In this document: positions 31,685 through 41,856 of the stretch, in pieces
Numbering within the stretch: position 1 is the first letter of the stretch
Layout of the letters: the number at the start of each line of letters is the position of its first letter
NCBI GenBank assembly: GCA_016866675.1
Contig: VGLO01000001.1
Span: 1 to 54,099 of the forward strand
Reading direction: 5' to 3'
Length of the DNA: 54,099 bases
DNA from: Candidatus Staskawiczbacteria bacterium
GTDB taxonomy: Bacteria; Patescibacteriota; Minisyncoccia; Minisyncoccales; Staskawiczbacteraceae
Position numbers and translations under genes: made by a program
The notes under the pieces: generated by a model
Told to the model about the DNA's origin: nothing
Seen by the model: only the letters and a program-made list of their open reading frames with translations
Databases searched by the model: none

Positions 31685-32265
31685 ATTTCAAATCTTGAAA
31701 ATCTCTTAACTTCTATATTTTCTCCAATTTTTGAAATAGCTTCTTCAATTAAATTATTAATAGTTTTTGAGTCGTCTTTTACCCAAGGTTGATTTAATAA
31801 AGAAATTGATTCTTTGTATTTATTTATTTTTCCCTCAAGAATTTGCTTTAATATATCTTCTGGTTTTCCTGAATCTTTTAACTGCTCTTCGTATATTTTT
31901 GTTTCACCATCAACAATTTCAGCAGGGATTTCTGAATCTTTTACATACAAAGGCTTCATTGCTACAATTTGCAAACAAATCTCATGAGCTAACTTTTTAA
32001 AGTCAGGCGACTTTGCAACAAAGTCAGTTTCACATCTTATGTCAAGCAAAACACCTGCTTTTGAATTGGGGTGAATATATGTTTCAATAATACCCTGACT
32101 TGCCTGTCTGGAAGTCTTTTTTCCAGCAATGTTTTTACCCCAAGTTTTTAGAATTTCTTTTGCTTTCTCTAAATCACCTTGGGCTTGTTCTAAAGCCTTT
32201 TTTATCTCATTTGGAGATGCTCCTGTTTCTTCTCGAAGTTTTTTTATATCTTCAATATTTACCAC
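31681..32265 (-). CDS. tsf: Elongation factor Ts (short form)
   Basis: IKKLREETGA, CETDFVAK, GENI.V.RF.RF. Confidence 0.96.
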   Translation of the reverse strand: MVNIEDIKKLREETGASPNEIKKALEQAQGDLEKAKEILKTWGKNIAGKKTSRQASQGIIETYIHPNSKAGVLLDIRCETDFVAKSPDFKKLAHEICLQIVAMKPLYVKDSEIPAEIVDGETKIYEEQLKDSGKPEDILKQILEGKINKYKESISLLNQPWVKDDSKTINNLIEEAISKIGENIEVKRFSRFEI

Positions 32266-32267
32266 CG

Positions 32268-32337
32268 TAGGATTTAGGATTTAAGATTTAGGATTTAGGG
32301 AATTTACTACACCCTACACCCTATCTCCTACACCCTT
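32268..32337. repeat. Heptamer tandem repeats in inverted arrangement
   Basis: About 5 TAGGATT-type units followed by about 4 CACCCTA-type units. Confidence 0.75.
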
Positions 32338-33017
32338 GAATTTAAAATTGTTTCTTTGACACTCTCTAAAACATATTCGATTGACGAGATTGCGTCATCG
32401 TTTGCAGGAATAATGTAATCAGCAATATCTGGATTAATATTAGTATCTACAACTCCAATAATCTTAATCCCCTTCTTCTTTGCTTCTTTTGCTGCTGTTA
32501 AATCCTTTTTTAAATCTAAAATAAATATTGCATCAGGCAATTTTCTCAATCTTTTTATACCTTCAAACTTAATCTTAAGCGTTTCTAATTCTTTGTCAAA
32601 ATTTAATCTTTCTTTTTTTGTATATTTTTCCAAAGCATTCCTTGCTTTTTTGTCTTCTAAGTCTAGGAAATAGTCAATTCTTTTCGTTAAAGTTTCAAAA
32701 TTTGTCAAAGTCCCTCCAAGCCATCTTTCAACAACATATGGCATATTACAATCTTGAGCTGTTTTTTTAACTGATTCTTTTGCTTGAATTTTTGTTCCTA
32801 CAAATAAAATTGTTTTGTTTTCTTTAACTAAGCTCGCAATAAATTTTAAAGAAGACTCAAATTCCTTAATAGACTTTTCCAAATCAATTAAATGAACATT
32901 GTTTTTAACGCCAGATACAAAAGGCTTCATTTTAGGATGAAGCTTTGAAACAGTGTGGCCAAAGTTAACTCCAGCCTTTATCATTTCTTCAATATTTAGT
33001 TTGACGTCGTTACTCAT
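32328..33017 (-). CDS. rpsB: 30S ribosomal protein S2
   Basis: AGV.FGH, LFVGTK, RWLGGTLTN, PANDDA. Confidence 0.97.
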   Translation of the reverse strand: MSNDVKLNIEEMIKAGVNFGHTVSKLHPKMKPFVSGVKNNVHLIDLEKSIKEFESSLKFIASLVKENKTILFVGTKIQAKESVKKTAQDCNMPYVVERWLGGTLTNFETLTKRIDYFLDLEDKKARNALEKYTKKERLNFDKELETLKIKFEGIKRLRKLPDAIFILDLKKDLTAAKEAKKKGIKIIGVVDTNINPDIADYIIPANDDAISSIEYVLESVKETILNSRV

Positions 33018-33042
33018 AATTATATTTAAAACTTAAATGATA

Positions 33043-33294
33043 CTATTTTGATTTTCTCTCTCTAGTTTTCTTTTCTTTTTTTGGCTCATCAGACTTTTTT
33101 GCCAATTTATCTTTAAATTTCTGAACTCTTCCCACCTTGTCTAATACCTTTTCCTTTCCAGTATAAAAAGGATGACATTTTGAGCAAATTTCAGTTTCAA
33201 TGAATTCTTTTGTAGAGCCAGTAAAAAACGTGTTGCCACAGGCACACTTAACAGATGCTTTCGCAAAGTATTTAGGATGGATATCTGTTTTCAT
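33043..33294 (-). CDS. rpmE: 50S ribosomal protein L31
   Basis: [27 protein letters not shown]. Confidence 0.97.
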   Translation of the reverse strand: MKTDIHPKYFAKASVKCACGNTFFTGSTKEFIETEICSKCHPFYTGKEKVLDKVGRVQKFKDKLAKKSDEPKKEKKTRERKSK

Positions 33295-33384
33295 AAGATG
33301 TATGTTAGCAAACTTTTAAAATAATATCAATACCTCTTAGCCTTATATTAAAAAAGACGGCTATTTTTCATAACCGCCTATTAA

Positions 33385-33579
33385 TTATCCCTCGTTTCCA
33401 GCTATTAATTTTGGTTTCCATGGAAGATTTGGTTTCCAAAGCCTCCAATCGCGAAACCGAGGGTGATTATTCCTAATTTCCCTATATCGTTCAACTACTT
33501 CCTTGTCATCCTCGCCTTTTATAATAACCTTTGAATTCTTACCACCATCATCGGTATAGCAAAGTTCGTAATAAGTCAT
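33385..33579 (-). CDS. Small orphan protein, second gene of an SD-led cassette
   Basis: SD GGGAGGT; terminator GGCGGTTAT/ATAGCCGTC-T5 at 33350-33378. Confidence 0.68.
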   Translation of the reverse strand: MTYYELCYTDDGGKNSKVIIKGEDDKEVVERYREIRNNHPRFRDWRLWKPNLPWKPKLIAGNEG

Positions 33580-33919
33580 TACTACCTCCCTTACATTCCT
33601 TGACGATATACAAGAGAGTCATCAGATCGCTGATACGTTCGTCGCTCAACAACAATACCGTTGATTTTTTTTCAACAGTATAATATTGTTCAGACCAACG
33701 ACGTTGCACTGCCTCTATCTTAATGCGCTTTAGTTGCTCTTCCTGCTGATGTTCGTGCTTGAGAAATCGCCTCCAAGCTTCAAGACGATTGACTTTGCGA
33801 CTATACTTAGAAAGTCGCTTAAAGAATGATTCAAACTTAAAACGCAACATAAGCATCTTCCCTAACCTCTTTTTTATTATATTTTCCCTCCTGCTGTTTT
33901 TCAAGATTTTCTTGGCCAT
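33548..33919 (-). CDS. Basic helical orphan protein, SD-led cassette
   Basis: Leader AGTACCTTGATA, SD TAAGGAGGT; divergent from prfA. Confidence 0.68.
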   Translation of the reverse strand: MAKKILKNSRRENIIKKRLGKMLMLRFKFESFFKRLSKYSRKVNRLEAWRRFLKHEHQQEEQLKRIKIEAVQRRWSEQYYTVEKKSTVLLLSDERISDLMTLLYIVKECKGGSNDLLRTLLYR

Positions 33920-33986
33920 CTCAACCTCCTTATTTTGCTATCAAGGTACTGTTTTAAAAACTAAATTCTTATGGTATATTACTACA

Positions 33987-34727
33987 ATGGAAATAGAAAA
34001 ACAATCAGTAATTGTAGAAATAAGAGCTGGCACCGGCGGAGATGAAGCCGGGCTTTTTGCGCGTGATTTATATAGGATGTATACAAAGTATGCTACCAGC
34101 CAAGGATGGGGGCAAAAAGTGCTGGATTCTAATATGTCTGACATTGGAGGATATAAAGAAATTATTTTTGAGTTAAAGGGAGAGGAAGCTTATGATCAGC
34201 TTCAGTATGAGGGCGGAGTACATCGCGTTCAAAGAATTCCCAAAACAGAAAAACAGGGACGTGTACATACTTCAACGGTGACAGTGGCTGTAATGAAAAA
34301 ACCTCAAAGGACAGAATTTTCAATAAACCCAGCTGACATTCAAATGGATACTTACAGGGCTTCAGGAGCCGGCGGACAGTATGTAAATAAGACCGAATCA
34401 GCTGTTAGGCTTACTCACAAGCCAACAGGAGTTGTAGTGACTTCTCAGTCTGAAAGATCTCAACTTCAAAATCGAGAAAACGCCATGCAATTAATGGCTG
34501 CTAGAATCTTGCAAGCTCAAGAGGAAGCAGACTTATCAAGTTTATCAGAAGAAAGACGCGCACAAATTGGATGGGCAAAAAGATCAGAAAAAACTCGGAC
34601 ATATAATTATCCGCAAAACAGAATTACCGATCACCGAATTGGAAAATCGTGGCATAATCTTGAAAAAATTGTTGAAGGAGATTTAAGCCCCATCATCAAA
34701 GCATTTAAAAAAGGAAAAGAAGAATAA
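33987..34727 (+). CDS. prfA: Peptide chain release factor 1 lacking N-terminal domain 1 (246 aa)
   Basis: [22 protein letters not shown] (PxT), [24 protein letters not shown]-6 nt-ATG; upstream in-frame sequence is not RF-like. Confidence 0.9.
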   Translation: MEIEKQSVIVEIRAGTGGDEAGLFARDLYRMYTKYATSQGWGQKVLDSNMSDIGGYKEIIFELKGEEAYDQLQYEGGVHRVQRIPKTEKQGRVHTSTVTVAVMKKPQRTEFSINPADIQMDTYRASGAGGQYVNKTESAVRLTHKPTGVVVTSQSERSQLQNRENAMQLMAARILQAQEEADLSSLSEERRAQIGWAKRSEKTRTYNYPQNRITDHRIGKSWHNLEKIVEGDLSPIIKAFKKGKEE

Positions 34728-34751
34728 AAATCCGCCAGTTGGCGGATTTTT
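34727..34751. terminator. Terminator palindrome after prfA
   Basis: AAAATCCGCCA-GT-TGGCGGATTTTTT. Confidence 0.75.
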
Positions 34752-34762
34752 TGTAAAGAAAT

Positions 34763-35040
34763 AGACTCGTGAAGCTGTTCACGAGTCTTTTCCAACTTAA
34801 GCAGTTGGCGCTTTCTCCTCGGTTCTATTACTCGCGACCGAAAATTTGTTGATTGTACGAGGCCAGACTCCAAGTCCGGCCTTCAAAGAACTGCCCCTTT
34901 TGTCGGGGTCGAGGATCGGCAATATGGTCGCCGATTGCCTTGGCCGCAATAGTGCAGCCAGCGGCCGCTTCTTAGCGCGCTCTGTCAATTGATACACGGG
35001 GTGAATTGGCTGCTCCTTGCCTTTCATAAACGCGACACAA
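34763..35040. other. GC-rich hairpin-rich segment; either a 76-aa ORF (34797-35027, minus) or an ncRNA
   Basis: Lies between two terminator hairpins; several internal stems; the ORF has no SD. Confidence 0.35.
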
Positions 35041-35083
35041 GCAAAAAGACGCTCTCGAGAGCGCCTTTTTTATAATATTATCC

Positions 35084-36484
35084 CTATCCCCCAATGGCCT
35101 TGATATCGGCTTCGTATTGAGATGCAAACTTTAGTACAGAATTTGCGTAAGCCCTGCATTCATATCTTCCATAATTTCCGCCACAGTAATACTTTGCTGC
35201 AGCAACAGATTCAGAGCTTCCCGCTCCATTATCTTTTAATAACAATCCTGAAGCTAAAAACGCATCTCTAATATTCCAAGGGTTTGCCGTTCTTCCTGTA
35301 ATATCAGTCACTTTGATTGTATAAGCGCTCCATGTTGAGGCAATAAACTGCGCCGGACCCATTGCCCCACCCCAGCCATAAGGTGTCCCATTGCTTGTGT
35401 ATAGTGGAATCCAGCATGACACAGGGGTTTCCTTTGTTTTCATTCCCAAACTTTCGGTTAAAGAAATAAATCCCTGAATTGATTTTGGATTCATTACTCT
35501 TTTTTTTGCGACACCCTGAAGGTTTGTACCGTTTCCAGTGTCAAAATCAGTTAAATAACATTGCCCTACATTTCTTCCAAGACTTGACTCTTGGGTTAAT
35601 ATGGCCAACAAGAAAGCGGGCCTAACCCCCGTGACACTTGAAACATACTTTGCAATTTCTAGCGCTTCTCCAAATGTTGGGGCCTGAGAAACTCCAATCA
35701 ACTCAAAGATTCTAGCCTTAATAGAGGCTGCGTTTTTATCTGCCTCTGCTTTTTCTCTTTGCTGTTGCTGATATTGAGCTTCTGTTAACTTTAAAAGACT
35801 GTCTTGTTGCTGTTTGTTTTTTTCGTTTTGCTGTTTTTGTAAATTCTGAACCTGAATAGTTTTTTGCACTTGACCCTTTTCAGTGTCTATTTTTACTTTT
35901 TGCGTTTCCAGGTAATTCTTCAAATTTGTAGTACTATCAATTAAAGCACTAATTTTTGCATTTAAAGATTCTAGATAAGCTAAGTTACTAAAAAAGTCTG
36001 ACAAATTTCCCTCAAGCAAAATAACAAATGAAGATTTTTTATCTTGCTCGTAAATAGATCTTAATATAGCTATAATTTGTTCTTGAGCCTCGCTAATCTC
36101 AAAAGAGGTCTTATCAATTGATTTTTGAGTATCGTTAATTTGCAAACTCAAGTCCTTTACCAAGAGAGTTCCCTGACTTATTTGATAATCTAAACCAGAT
36201 ATCTTCTTCTTTAACGAAGAAATTTCATTTTGTAGAGTATTTTTTTGTTGTTGAGTTTTAGACAAATCATTTGCAATTAGAGCAGATTGCTGGTCATAAT
36301 AATCTGCGCACTTTTCAAGCTTTGCCCTACACTCTGATGAGCTAATGTCTTTACAAGTATTTTCGTCTTGTGTAATCTGTTCACACATCACAGATAAATC
36401 ATCTGCAAAAACTTTATCTGTTTTAATGAAAACAAAAACAGGAACCAGAAAAGCTAAAAGTAATGAAATAAATGATTTTCGCAT
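35084..36484 (-). CDS. Secreted coiled-coil protein with lytic transglycosylase domain
   Basis: Signal peptide, PcsB/CwlO-like coiled coil, AILTQESSLG.N.G, GAMGPAQFI..TW, PWN..DA. Confidence 0.85.
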   Translation of the reverse strand: MRKSFISLLLAFLVPVFVFIKTDKVFADDLSVMCEQITQDENTCKDISSSECRAKLEKCADYYDQQSALIANDLSKTQQQKNTLQNEISSLKKKISGLDYQISQGTLLVKDLSLQINDTQKSIDKTSFEISEAQEQIIAILRSIYEQDKKSSFVILLEGNLSDFFSNLAYLESLNAKISALIDSTTNLKNYLETQKVKIDTEKGQVQKTIQVQNLQKQQNEKNKQQQDSLLKLTEAQYQQQQREKAEADKNAASIKARIFELIGVSQAPTFGEALEIAKYVSSVTGVRPAFLLAILTQESSLGRNVGQCYLTDFDTGNGTNLQGVAKKRVMNPKSIQGFISLTESLGMKTKETPVSCWIPLYTSNGTPYGWGGAMGPAQFIASTWSAYTIKVTDITGRTANPWNIRDAFLASGLLLKDNGAGSSESVAAAKYYCGGNYGRYECRAYANSVLKFASQYEADIKAIGG

Positions 36485-36576
36485 CTCTTAAAATTTAAAC
36501 TATACTCCCATTATATTTTAATACAACAAAAAAGCAACCTTATTTCATAAAGTTGCTTTTTAAACTTTTAAAACTG

Positions 36577-37236
36577 TTATTTAATTTCTTCAACCACATC
36601 TTCCTCCTTCTTTTCCTTTACAACCTTCTCAACATCTTCCACATTTTCTGTAATTTCTGCCGACAATTCTTCTTCAACTTTCTGAGGAGGCAAAACCGCC
36701 ACAATTATTTCTTCAGGGTTCTTTAAAACCTCTACATCTTTTGGTAGTTTTAGGTCTTTTACCAAAATATGGTCATCAAAAGTTTTAAGAGACTCAACAT
36801 TAACCAAAATTTCGTGAGGCAAATTTTGAGGTAAAGCTTTTACCACAATTTCTAGCATGTTTTTTACCAAAGTCCCACCTAAGTCCTTTTCAGCTAGAGC
36901 CACTCCCTCAAATACAATAGGAATTGCAACTTCAACAGTTTCTTTTAAGTTTGGCTGAAAAAAGTCTATGTGAATAAAATCTCCAGTTATTGGATCTTTT
37001 TGAATATTGTGAACCAAAACAGTCCTTTTATCTTTAGTTCCATATAGGTCAATTTCAATCAAAGAGCTTTCTCCAGCTAACTTATAAACTTTTTTAAAAT
37101 CCTTTTCATCAATTTCAATAATGTCGTTTTTCTTTAAATTGTGTCCATAGACAACAGCAGGGATTTTTCCTACTCCCCTAATTGAATTGGTTTTCTTTCC
37201 CAACTCACTTCTTGTTTTTGCTAATAATGAAATCAT
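36577..37236 (-). CDS. rplY: 50S ribosomal protein L25 / Ctc
   Basis: G.IPAVVYG, Q.DP....IHIDF, ALP..LP..I.V; promoter TTGCAA-17-TATACT at 37297-37269. Confidence 0.95.
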   Translation of the reverse strand: MISLLAKTRSELGKKTNSIRGVGKIPAVVYGHNLKKNDIIEIDEKDFKKVYKLAGESSLIEIDLYGTKDKRTVLVHNIQKDPITGDFIHIDFFQPNLKETVEVAIPIVFEGVALAEKDLGGTLVKNMLEIVVKALPQNLPHEILVNVESLKTFDDHILVKDLKLPKDVEVLKNPEEIIVAVLPPQKVEEELSAEITENVEDVEKVVKEKKEEDVVEEIK

Positions 37237-37297
37237 GATTATATGCGAATCTATAGATTAATATGAAAAGTATAACAGATAATATGATTTTTTGCAA

Positions 37298-37460
37298 CTC
37301 CTATGCTGCGACCGGTGTGGGGGGTGTGGTGAGTGCTGCTGCCAGCAATGGCAGGAGCATGAGGCCACTTAAAGAATTCAACGCAGTTCACAAACCACAA
37401 ACTGCGTCAACAAAAAAGTGGATTACATATAAGCCCACGGATGGTACCGCGGGCTTTTTT
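37298..37460 (+). ncRNA. Putative structured RNA (5' hairpin, 3-way junction, terminator)
   Basis: CTGCCA-GCAA-TGGCAG, CCACTT/AAGTGG, ACGCAGTT/AACTGCGT; plus-strand terminator 37431-37460. Confidence 0.55.
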
Positions 37461-37471
37461 CATGCAAAAAA

Positions 37472-38335
37472 TTAGGCTTTGCCTTCACTCCCAAAGAGCT
37501 TAATTTTCTCTTCAATCACCTTCTGCACCTCATTAATTGAGTTTTGCAGGTATTTATATGGAGTTATTTGATCTTTATTGGCATCCAGCGTATTTCTGAG
37601 TGTTTTGGTATAAGCCAGCCTCGTTTCTGTATTAATATTTATTTTTACAATTCCCAGTTTTATCCCCTCCTTAATGTCTTCTTCTGGGGTGCCTGATCCT
37701 CCGTGCAATACCATGGCAATTCCCACATTTTCTTTCAAATCTTTTAACCTATCAAGTTTTAAATGAGGTGAGACGCCGCTGGCATCAATTCCGTGAAAAG
37801 TTCCGATAGAAACCGCCATAACATCAATATGGGCTTTTTTTAAATACTCCTTTGCCTCATCCACCTTGGTTAAATCTTCTTCTTTAATTTGAAACTTTTC
37901 TGTGTACAGTTTTGAAGCATCAGTCCCAAACCTGCCGACTTCACCTTCAACGACGATCCCCTTCCACTTCCCAAAGGCAACAACTTCTACGCTTTTTTTA
38001 ATGTTCTCATCTAAAGGAAGCTTTGAGCCGTCAAAGTGAATCATGTCGTATCCTGCAGCTACCGCCTCCTTTAAATAGTCCACCGATTTTCCGTGATCTA
38101 AATTCAAAAAAATTGGCACTCCCGTTTTCTTTCTCAAAGCATCTCTCATGGCCACTGCCTCTTGTAAACCAACAAATTTGGCTTCACCTTCTGAAGTCCC
38201 CAAAATAATTGGAGATTTCATATTTTGAGCCGCTTGAACAATCCCCCTTACCTGAGACCAATCAGAAAAGTTAAACTGCCCAATCGCCCACCCCTCTTTA
38301 TACGCTTTGTCTAAATAATATTTTAAATTTTTCAT
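37472..38335 (-). CDS. fba: Class II fructose-bisphosphate aldolase
   Basis: LDHG, VEGEVG, SIGTFHG, VLHGGSG, KININT. Confidence 0.93.
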   Translation of the reverse strand: MKNLKYYLDKAYKEGWAIGQFNFSDWSQVRGIVQAAQNMKSPIILGTSEGEAKFVGLQEAVAMRDALRKKTGVPIFLNLDHGKSVDYLKEAVAAGYDMIHFDGSKLPLDENIKKSVEVVAFGKWKGIVVEGEVGRFGTDASKLYTEKFQIKEEDLTKVDEAKEYLKKAHIDVMAVSIGTFHGIDASGVSPHLKLDRLKDLKENVGIAMVLHGGSGTPEEDIKEGIKLGIVKININTETRLAYTKTLRNTLDANKDQITPYKYLQNSINEVQKVIEEKIKLFGSEGKA

Positions 38336-38338
38336 AAA

Positions 38339-39364
38339 TTATTTCACCAGACAAATATTATTGTCGCACTCTTCCCTTAAAACTTCTACCCTCGTAAAAT
38401 TTTCTCCTTTTTTAAGTAGGCCATTTTTTGCGCCTATTTGACTTATACATTCTTCTGAATTTGCCATTCCAAGCTGAATTGCATATTCAATATCTCCCTT
38501 ACTATGAATAAAACCAGACACAAATCCTGCCCCAAAAGCATCTCCTGCTCCCGTAGTATCAACCACCTCTCTTTTTTCATTCGGCTTTGCTTTGAAAATT
38601 TGCTTGCCATCTGAAACTACCACACCTTCGCCTCCTTTTGTCATTACAGCAATACCGGGACAAATTTCATCTATTTTTCTAAAAATATCAGCCTCTCTAT
38701 TAAATGTAATTTTTGTTAAAAAACTTGCTTCTTCTTGATTTAAAATTAAAATATCAATTTTTTTTGCAATATCGTAAAAATGTGGTAATGAAAGTTGTGC
38801 CATGCCGGGATTTGCAGCAATTTTTATTTTGTTTTTACTTGCAAAATCAACAATTTCTTCAAAAGCTTTACACATTTGACCAGACAAAGGCGCTAAATAA
38901 AACCACTTTGCTTTTAGTTTGCCAAAATTAATTCCATTTTTACTTAAAACTTCAGAGGCTCCCCTGTAAGCTAAAATTGTTCTTTCTTTATTTGAATCTA
39001 AAATAACTATTGAATGGTTTGTTGGCTTTTCGTTGCTTTTTTGAATAAGACCTGTGTTAATTTTTAAGTTTTTTAATTCTTTAATAATTTCCTGGCTAGC
39101 TAAATCCTCTCCTAGGCCACCAAAAAACGCTGTTTTAAAGCCTTGTTTGGCAAAAGTTGCAGAAGTATTGGTACCACCCCCTCCACTCATAAAATTTATT
39201 TGCTCAACATCAATTTTAGATCCCAATGGAAAACAAACTCCAGTGCTTTCTATATTTTCAGTAGAACTATTAGAGCCTGCGGGATTATATTTCAAAACAG
39301 TTAAGTTTTTAGGCTTTACAATTATGTCCCTTGTAGCTGAACCAAAGGTTATAATGTCGTACAT
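38339..39364 (-). CDS. PfkB family carbohydrate kinase
   Basis: GGG.TN, N.EEA, DTTGAGDAFGAGF. Confidence 0.92.
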   Translation of the reverse strand: MYDIITFGSATRDIIVKPKNLTVLKYNPAGSNSSTENIESTGVCFPLGSKIDVEQINFMSGGGGTNTSATFAKQGFKTAFFGGLGEDLASQEIIKELKNLKINTGLIQKSNEKPTNHSIVILDSNKERTILAYRGASEVLSKNGINFGKLKAKWFYLAPLSGQMCKAFEEIVDFASKNKIKIAANPGMAQLSLPHFYDIAKKIDILILNQEEASFLTKITFNREADIFRKIDEICPGIAVMTKGGEGVVVSDGKQIFKAKPNEKREVVDTTGAGDAFGAGFVSGFIHSKGDIEYAIQLGMANSEECISQIGAKNGLLKKGENFTRVEVLREECDNNICLVK

Positions 39365-39385
39365 ATGAAAATTATTCTAATTAAA

Positions 39386-41788
39386 CTAAATACTCTGATT
39401 AGGCATTTTTTTCTTTTCTTTTTCTGAAATCATTAACATCGTCTTTATAATTGAGTCTGGGTTTAATGAAATTGACTCTATTCCGGTATTTACTAAAAAT
39501 TCAGCAAAATTTGGAAAGTCGCTTGGCCCTTGTCCGCATATTCCAGAGTACTTTCCTTTTTCTTTACAAATTTTGACTGCTTGTTCAATTAATTTTTTCA
39601 CGGCTTCATTTTTTTCATTTCCAATACTAGCAATTTCAGAATTATCTCGGTCTAATCCCAAAGTTAATTGAGTTAAATCGTTGGACCCTATTGAAAAACC
39701 GTCAAAAATTTCTAGAAATTCTTCTGCTAAAATTACGTTTGACGGAATTTCACACATGACAAATACCTTCAATCCCCTTTGTCCCTTTTCTAGACCAGCC
39801 TCCTTCATAATTTTTAAAACCTTCTCTCCTTCTTCAACTGTTCTGCAAAATGGAACCATTACTTGCACATTATCAATTCCAAATTCCTCTCTTACTTTTT
39901 TAATTGCCTTACATTCTAAAATAAAAGCTTCCTTAAATTTTTCATCATAATATCTAGATGCTCCTCTAAAACCAATCATGGGATTTCTTTCTTCATCTGA
40001 TTCATATAAATGACCTCCCAAAAGTTCTCTATATTCGTTTGTTTTAAAGTCAGAAAACCTTACAATAACTTGCTTTGGATAAAAGGCCGCTCCAATTTTT
40101 CCAACTCCCTCTGCTAATTTATCAACATAAAAATCAACCTTATTGCTGTATCCTAGGGTTAACTTATCAATTTGTTTCTTTAAACTACTTGGGAGTTTTT
40201 TATAATTAATTAAAGCGTTTGGATGGATTTTAATGGTATTTGCAATAATTAATTCCTCACGAGCCAACCCAACACCATCATTTGGTATAAAACTTAGATT
40301 AAACGCCTGACTTGGATCAGCCAAATTCATTTCTATTTTTATTTTTGGTTTTTCTACTTTTGAAATATCAGTTTTTTTTACCTCAAACTTAATTAAGCCT
40401 TCGTAAGCTAGTCCCTCTTCACCCCCAGAACAATCAACTGTGATTTCTTTGCCGGTTTTAATTGTTTTTGTAGCGTTATCTGTCCCAACAATACATGGAA
40501 TTCCTAATTCCCTTGAAACAATTGCTGCGTGGGCTGTCCTACCCCCTTGATCTGTAATAATAGCCGAAGCCAATTTCATTGCTGGTACCCAATCTGGGTC
40601 GGTCATGCCGGTAACCAAAATTTCTCCTTTTTTAAACTTGTTAATATCTTTTGCAGACATTATTTTATTTGCCTTTCCAGAGCCAATCTTACTTCCAACA
40701 CTCATACCACCAGCCAAAACCTTCAACTTTTTTGACCTATCAATAACGTAATCTTCTAAAATATTTACATTCCTCTTACTTTGAACAGTTTCTGGTCTTG
40801 CTTGAACAATATACAACTTCCCTTCTTTTCCATCTTTTGCCCACTCCATGTCCATGGGTTTTTGATAATGTTCTTCAACCAACATTGACCACTTTGCCAA
40901 TGTTAAAATTTCTTCATCAGACAAAACAAAATTATTCCTTTCTTTTTCTGTAGTGTTGATATTTTTTGTAGGCTTTGATTTATTTTTGTCATAAATCATC
41001 TTTAACAATTTTGACCCAACTTTCTTTTCAATAATTGGTTTAAACTCTGTTTTTAAAGTAGTCTCAAAAACATAGTACTGATCTGGCTCAACTCTTCCTA
41101 AAACAACATTTTCTCCTAATCCATAACTTGCATTTATTAAAACAGCGTCTGCAAATCCAGACTCTGTATCACATGAAAACATTACTCCAGAGGCTCCAAC
41201 GTCCGACCTCACCATTTTTTGCACTCCAGCTGACAAGCCAACCTTCATATGAGAAAAACCCATTTCCTGTCTGTATGCAATAGCTCTGTCAGTAAAAAGC
41301 GACGCAAAACACTTTTTAACTGCCTCAACTACATTGTTTTCCCCTGAAATATTCAAATATGTCTCCTGTTGCCCAGCAAAAGAAGCTCCAGGTAAGTCTT
41401 CTGCGGTAGCAGAAGACCTTACGGCAACATCTACTTCTCTGGCTCCATAAGAATTTGATAGCTCTTTATAAAAAAAACCAATCTCTTTTTGTAAATCTTC
41501 TGGGAAAGTTGCAGCCAGAATGGCTTCCCTCGCTTCCCTTCCTTTTGCCTGAAGCATTTTTAGATTATGCACATCAAGATTTTTTAAAATGCCATCAATT
41601 TGTTTATCAAGACCTGTCTCTTTTAAAAAAGCAAAGTAGGCATCCGCGGTAATTGCAAAACCATTAGCACAATTTACTCCTTTTGGGATTAAATTATTAT
41701 AAAGCTCTCCAAGTGAAGCGTTTTTTCCACCCACAACACTAACATCTTTAATCCCTAAGTCTTTAAACCAAATAATATTTTTCTCCAT
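39386..41788 (-). CDS. ppsA: Phosphoenolpyruvate synthase
   Basis: VGGKNASLGE, VAVRSSATAEDLP, GGRTAHAAIVSRE, GFSIGSNDLTQ. Confidence 0.97.
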   Translation of the reverse strand: MEKNIIWFKDLGIKDVSVVGGKNASLGELYNNLIPKGVNCANGFAITADAYFAFLKETGLDKQIDGILKNLDVHNLKMLQAKGREAREAILAATFPEDLQKEIGFFYKELSNSYGAREVDVAVRSSATAEDLPGASFAGQQETYLNISGENNVVEAVKKCFASLFTDRAIAYRQEMGFSHMKVGLSAGVQKMVRSDVGASGVMFSCDTESGFADAVLINASYGLGENVVLGRVEPDQYYVFETTLKTEFKPIIEKKVGSKLLKMIYDKNKSKPTKNINTTEKERNNFVLSDEEILTLAKWSMLVEEHYQKPMDMEWAKDGKEGKLYIVQARPETVQSKRNVNILEDYVIDRSKKLKVLAGGMSVGSKIGSGKANKIMSAKDINKFKKGEILVTGMTDPDWVPAMKLASAIITDQGGRTAHAAIVSRELGIPCIVGTDNATKTIKTGKEITVDCSGGEEGLAYEGLIKFEVKKTDISKVEKPKIKIEMNLADPSQAFNLSFIPNDGVGLAREELIIANTIKIHPNALINYKKLPSSLKKQIDKLTLGYSNKVDFYVDKLAEGVGKIGAAFYPKQVIVRFSDFKTNEYRELLGGHLYESDEERNPMIGFRGASRYYDEKFKEAFILECKAIKKVREEFGIDNVQVMVPFCRTVEEGEKVLKIMKEAGLEKGQRGLKVFVMCEIPSNVILAEEFLEIFDGFSIGSNDLTQLTLGLDRDNSEIASIGNEKNEAVKKLIEQAVKICKEKGKYSGICGQGPSDFPNFAEFLVNTGIESISLNPDSIIKTMLMISEKEKKKMPNQSI

Positions 41789-41856
41789 TTTATTTTAATT
41801 TGATTATATTTAAGGTAATTAAACTAGTATATCATTTATAAAAAATAGCAACAACT

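Noticed and set aside
33759..33986. N-terminal 76 codons of the 322-aa prfA ORF
   Set aside because: Not RF-like; it is the antisense of the SD-led 33548-33919 gene and spans the divergent promoter region
37263..37475. 70-aa plus-strand ORF
   Set aside because: Overlaps the rplY promoter, runs through a terminator and has no SD; base-pairing explains the region better
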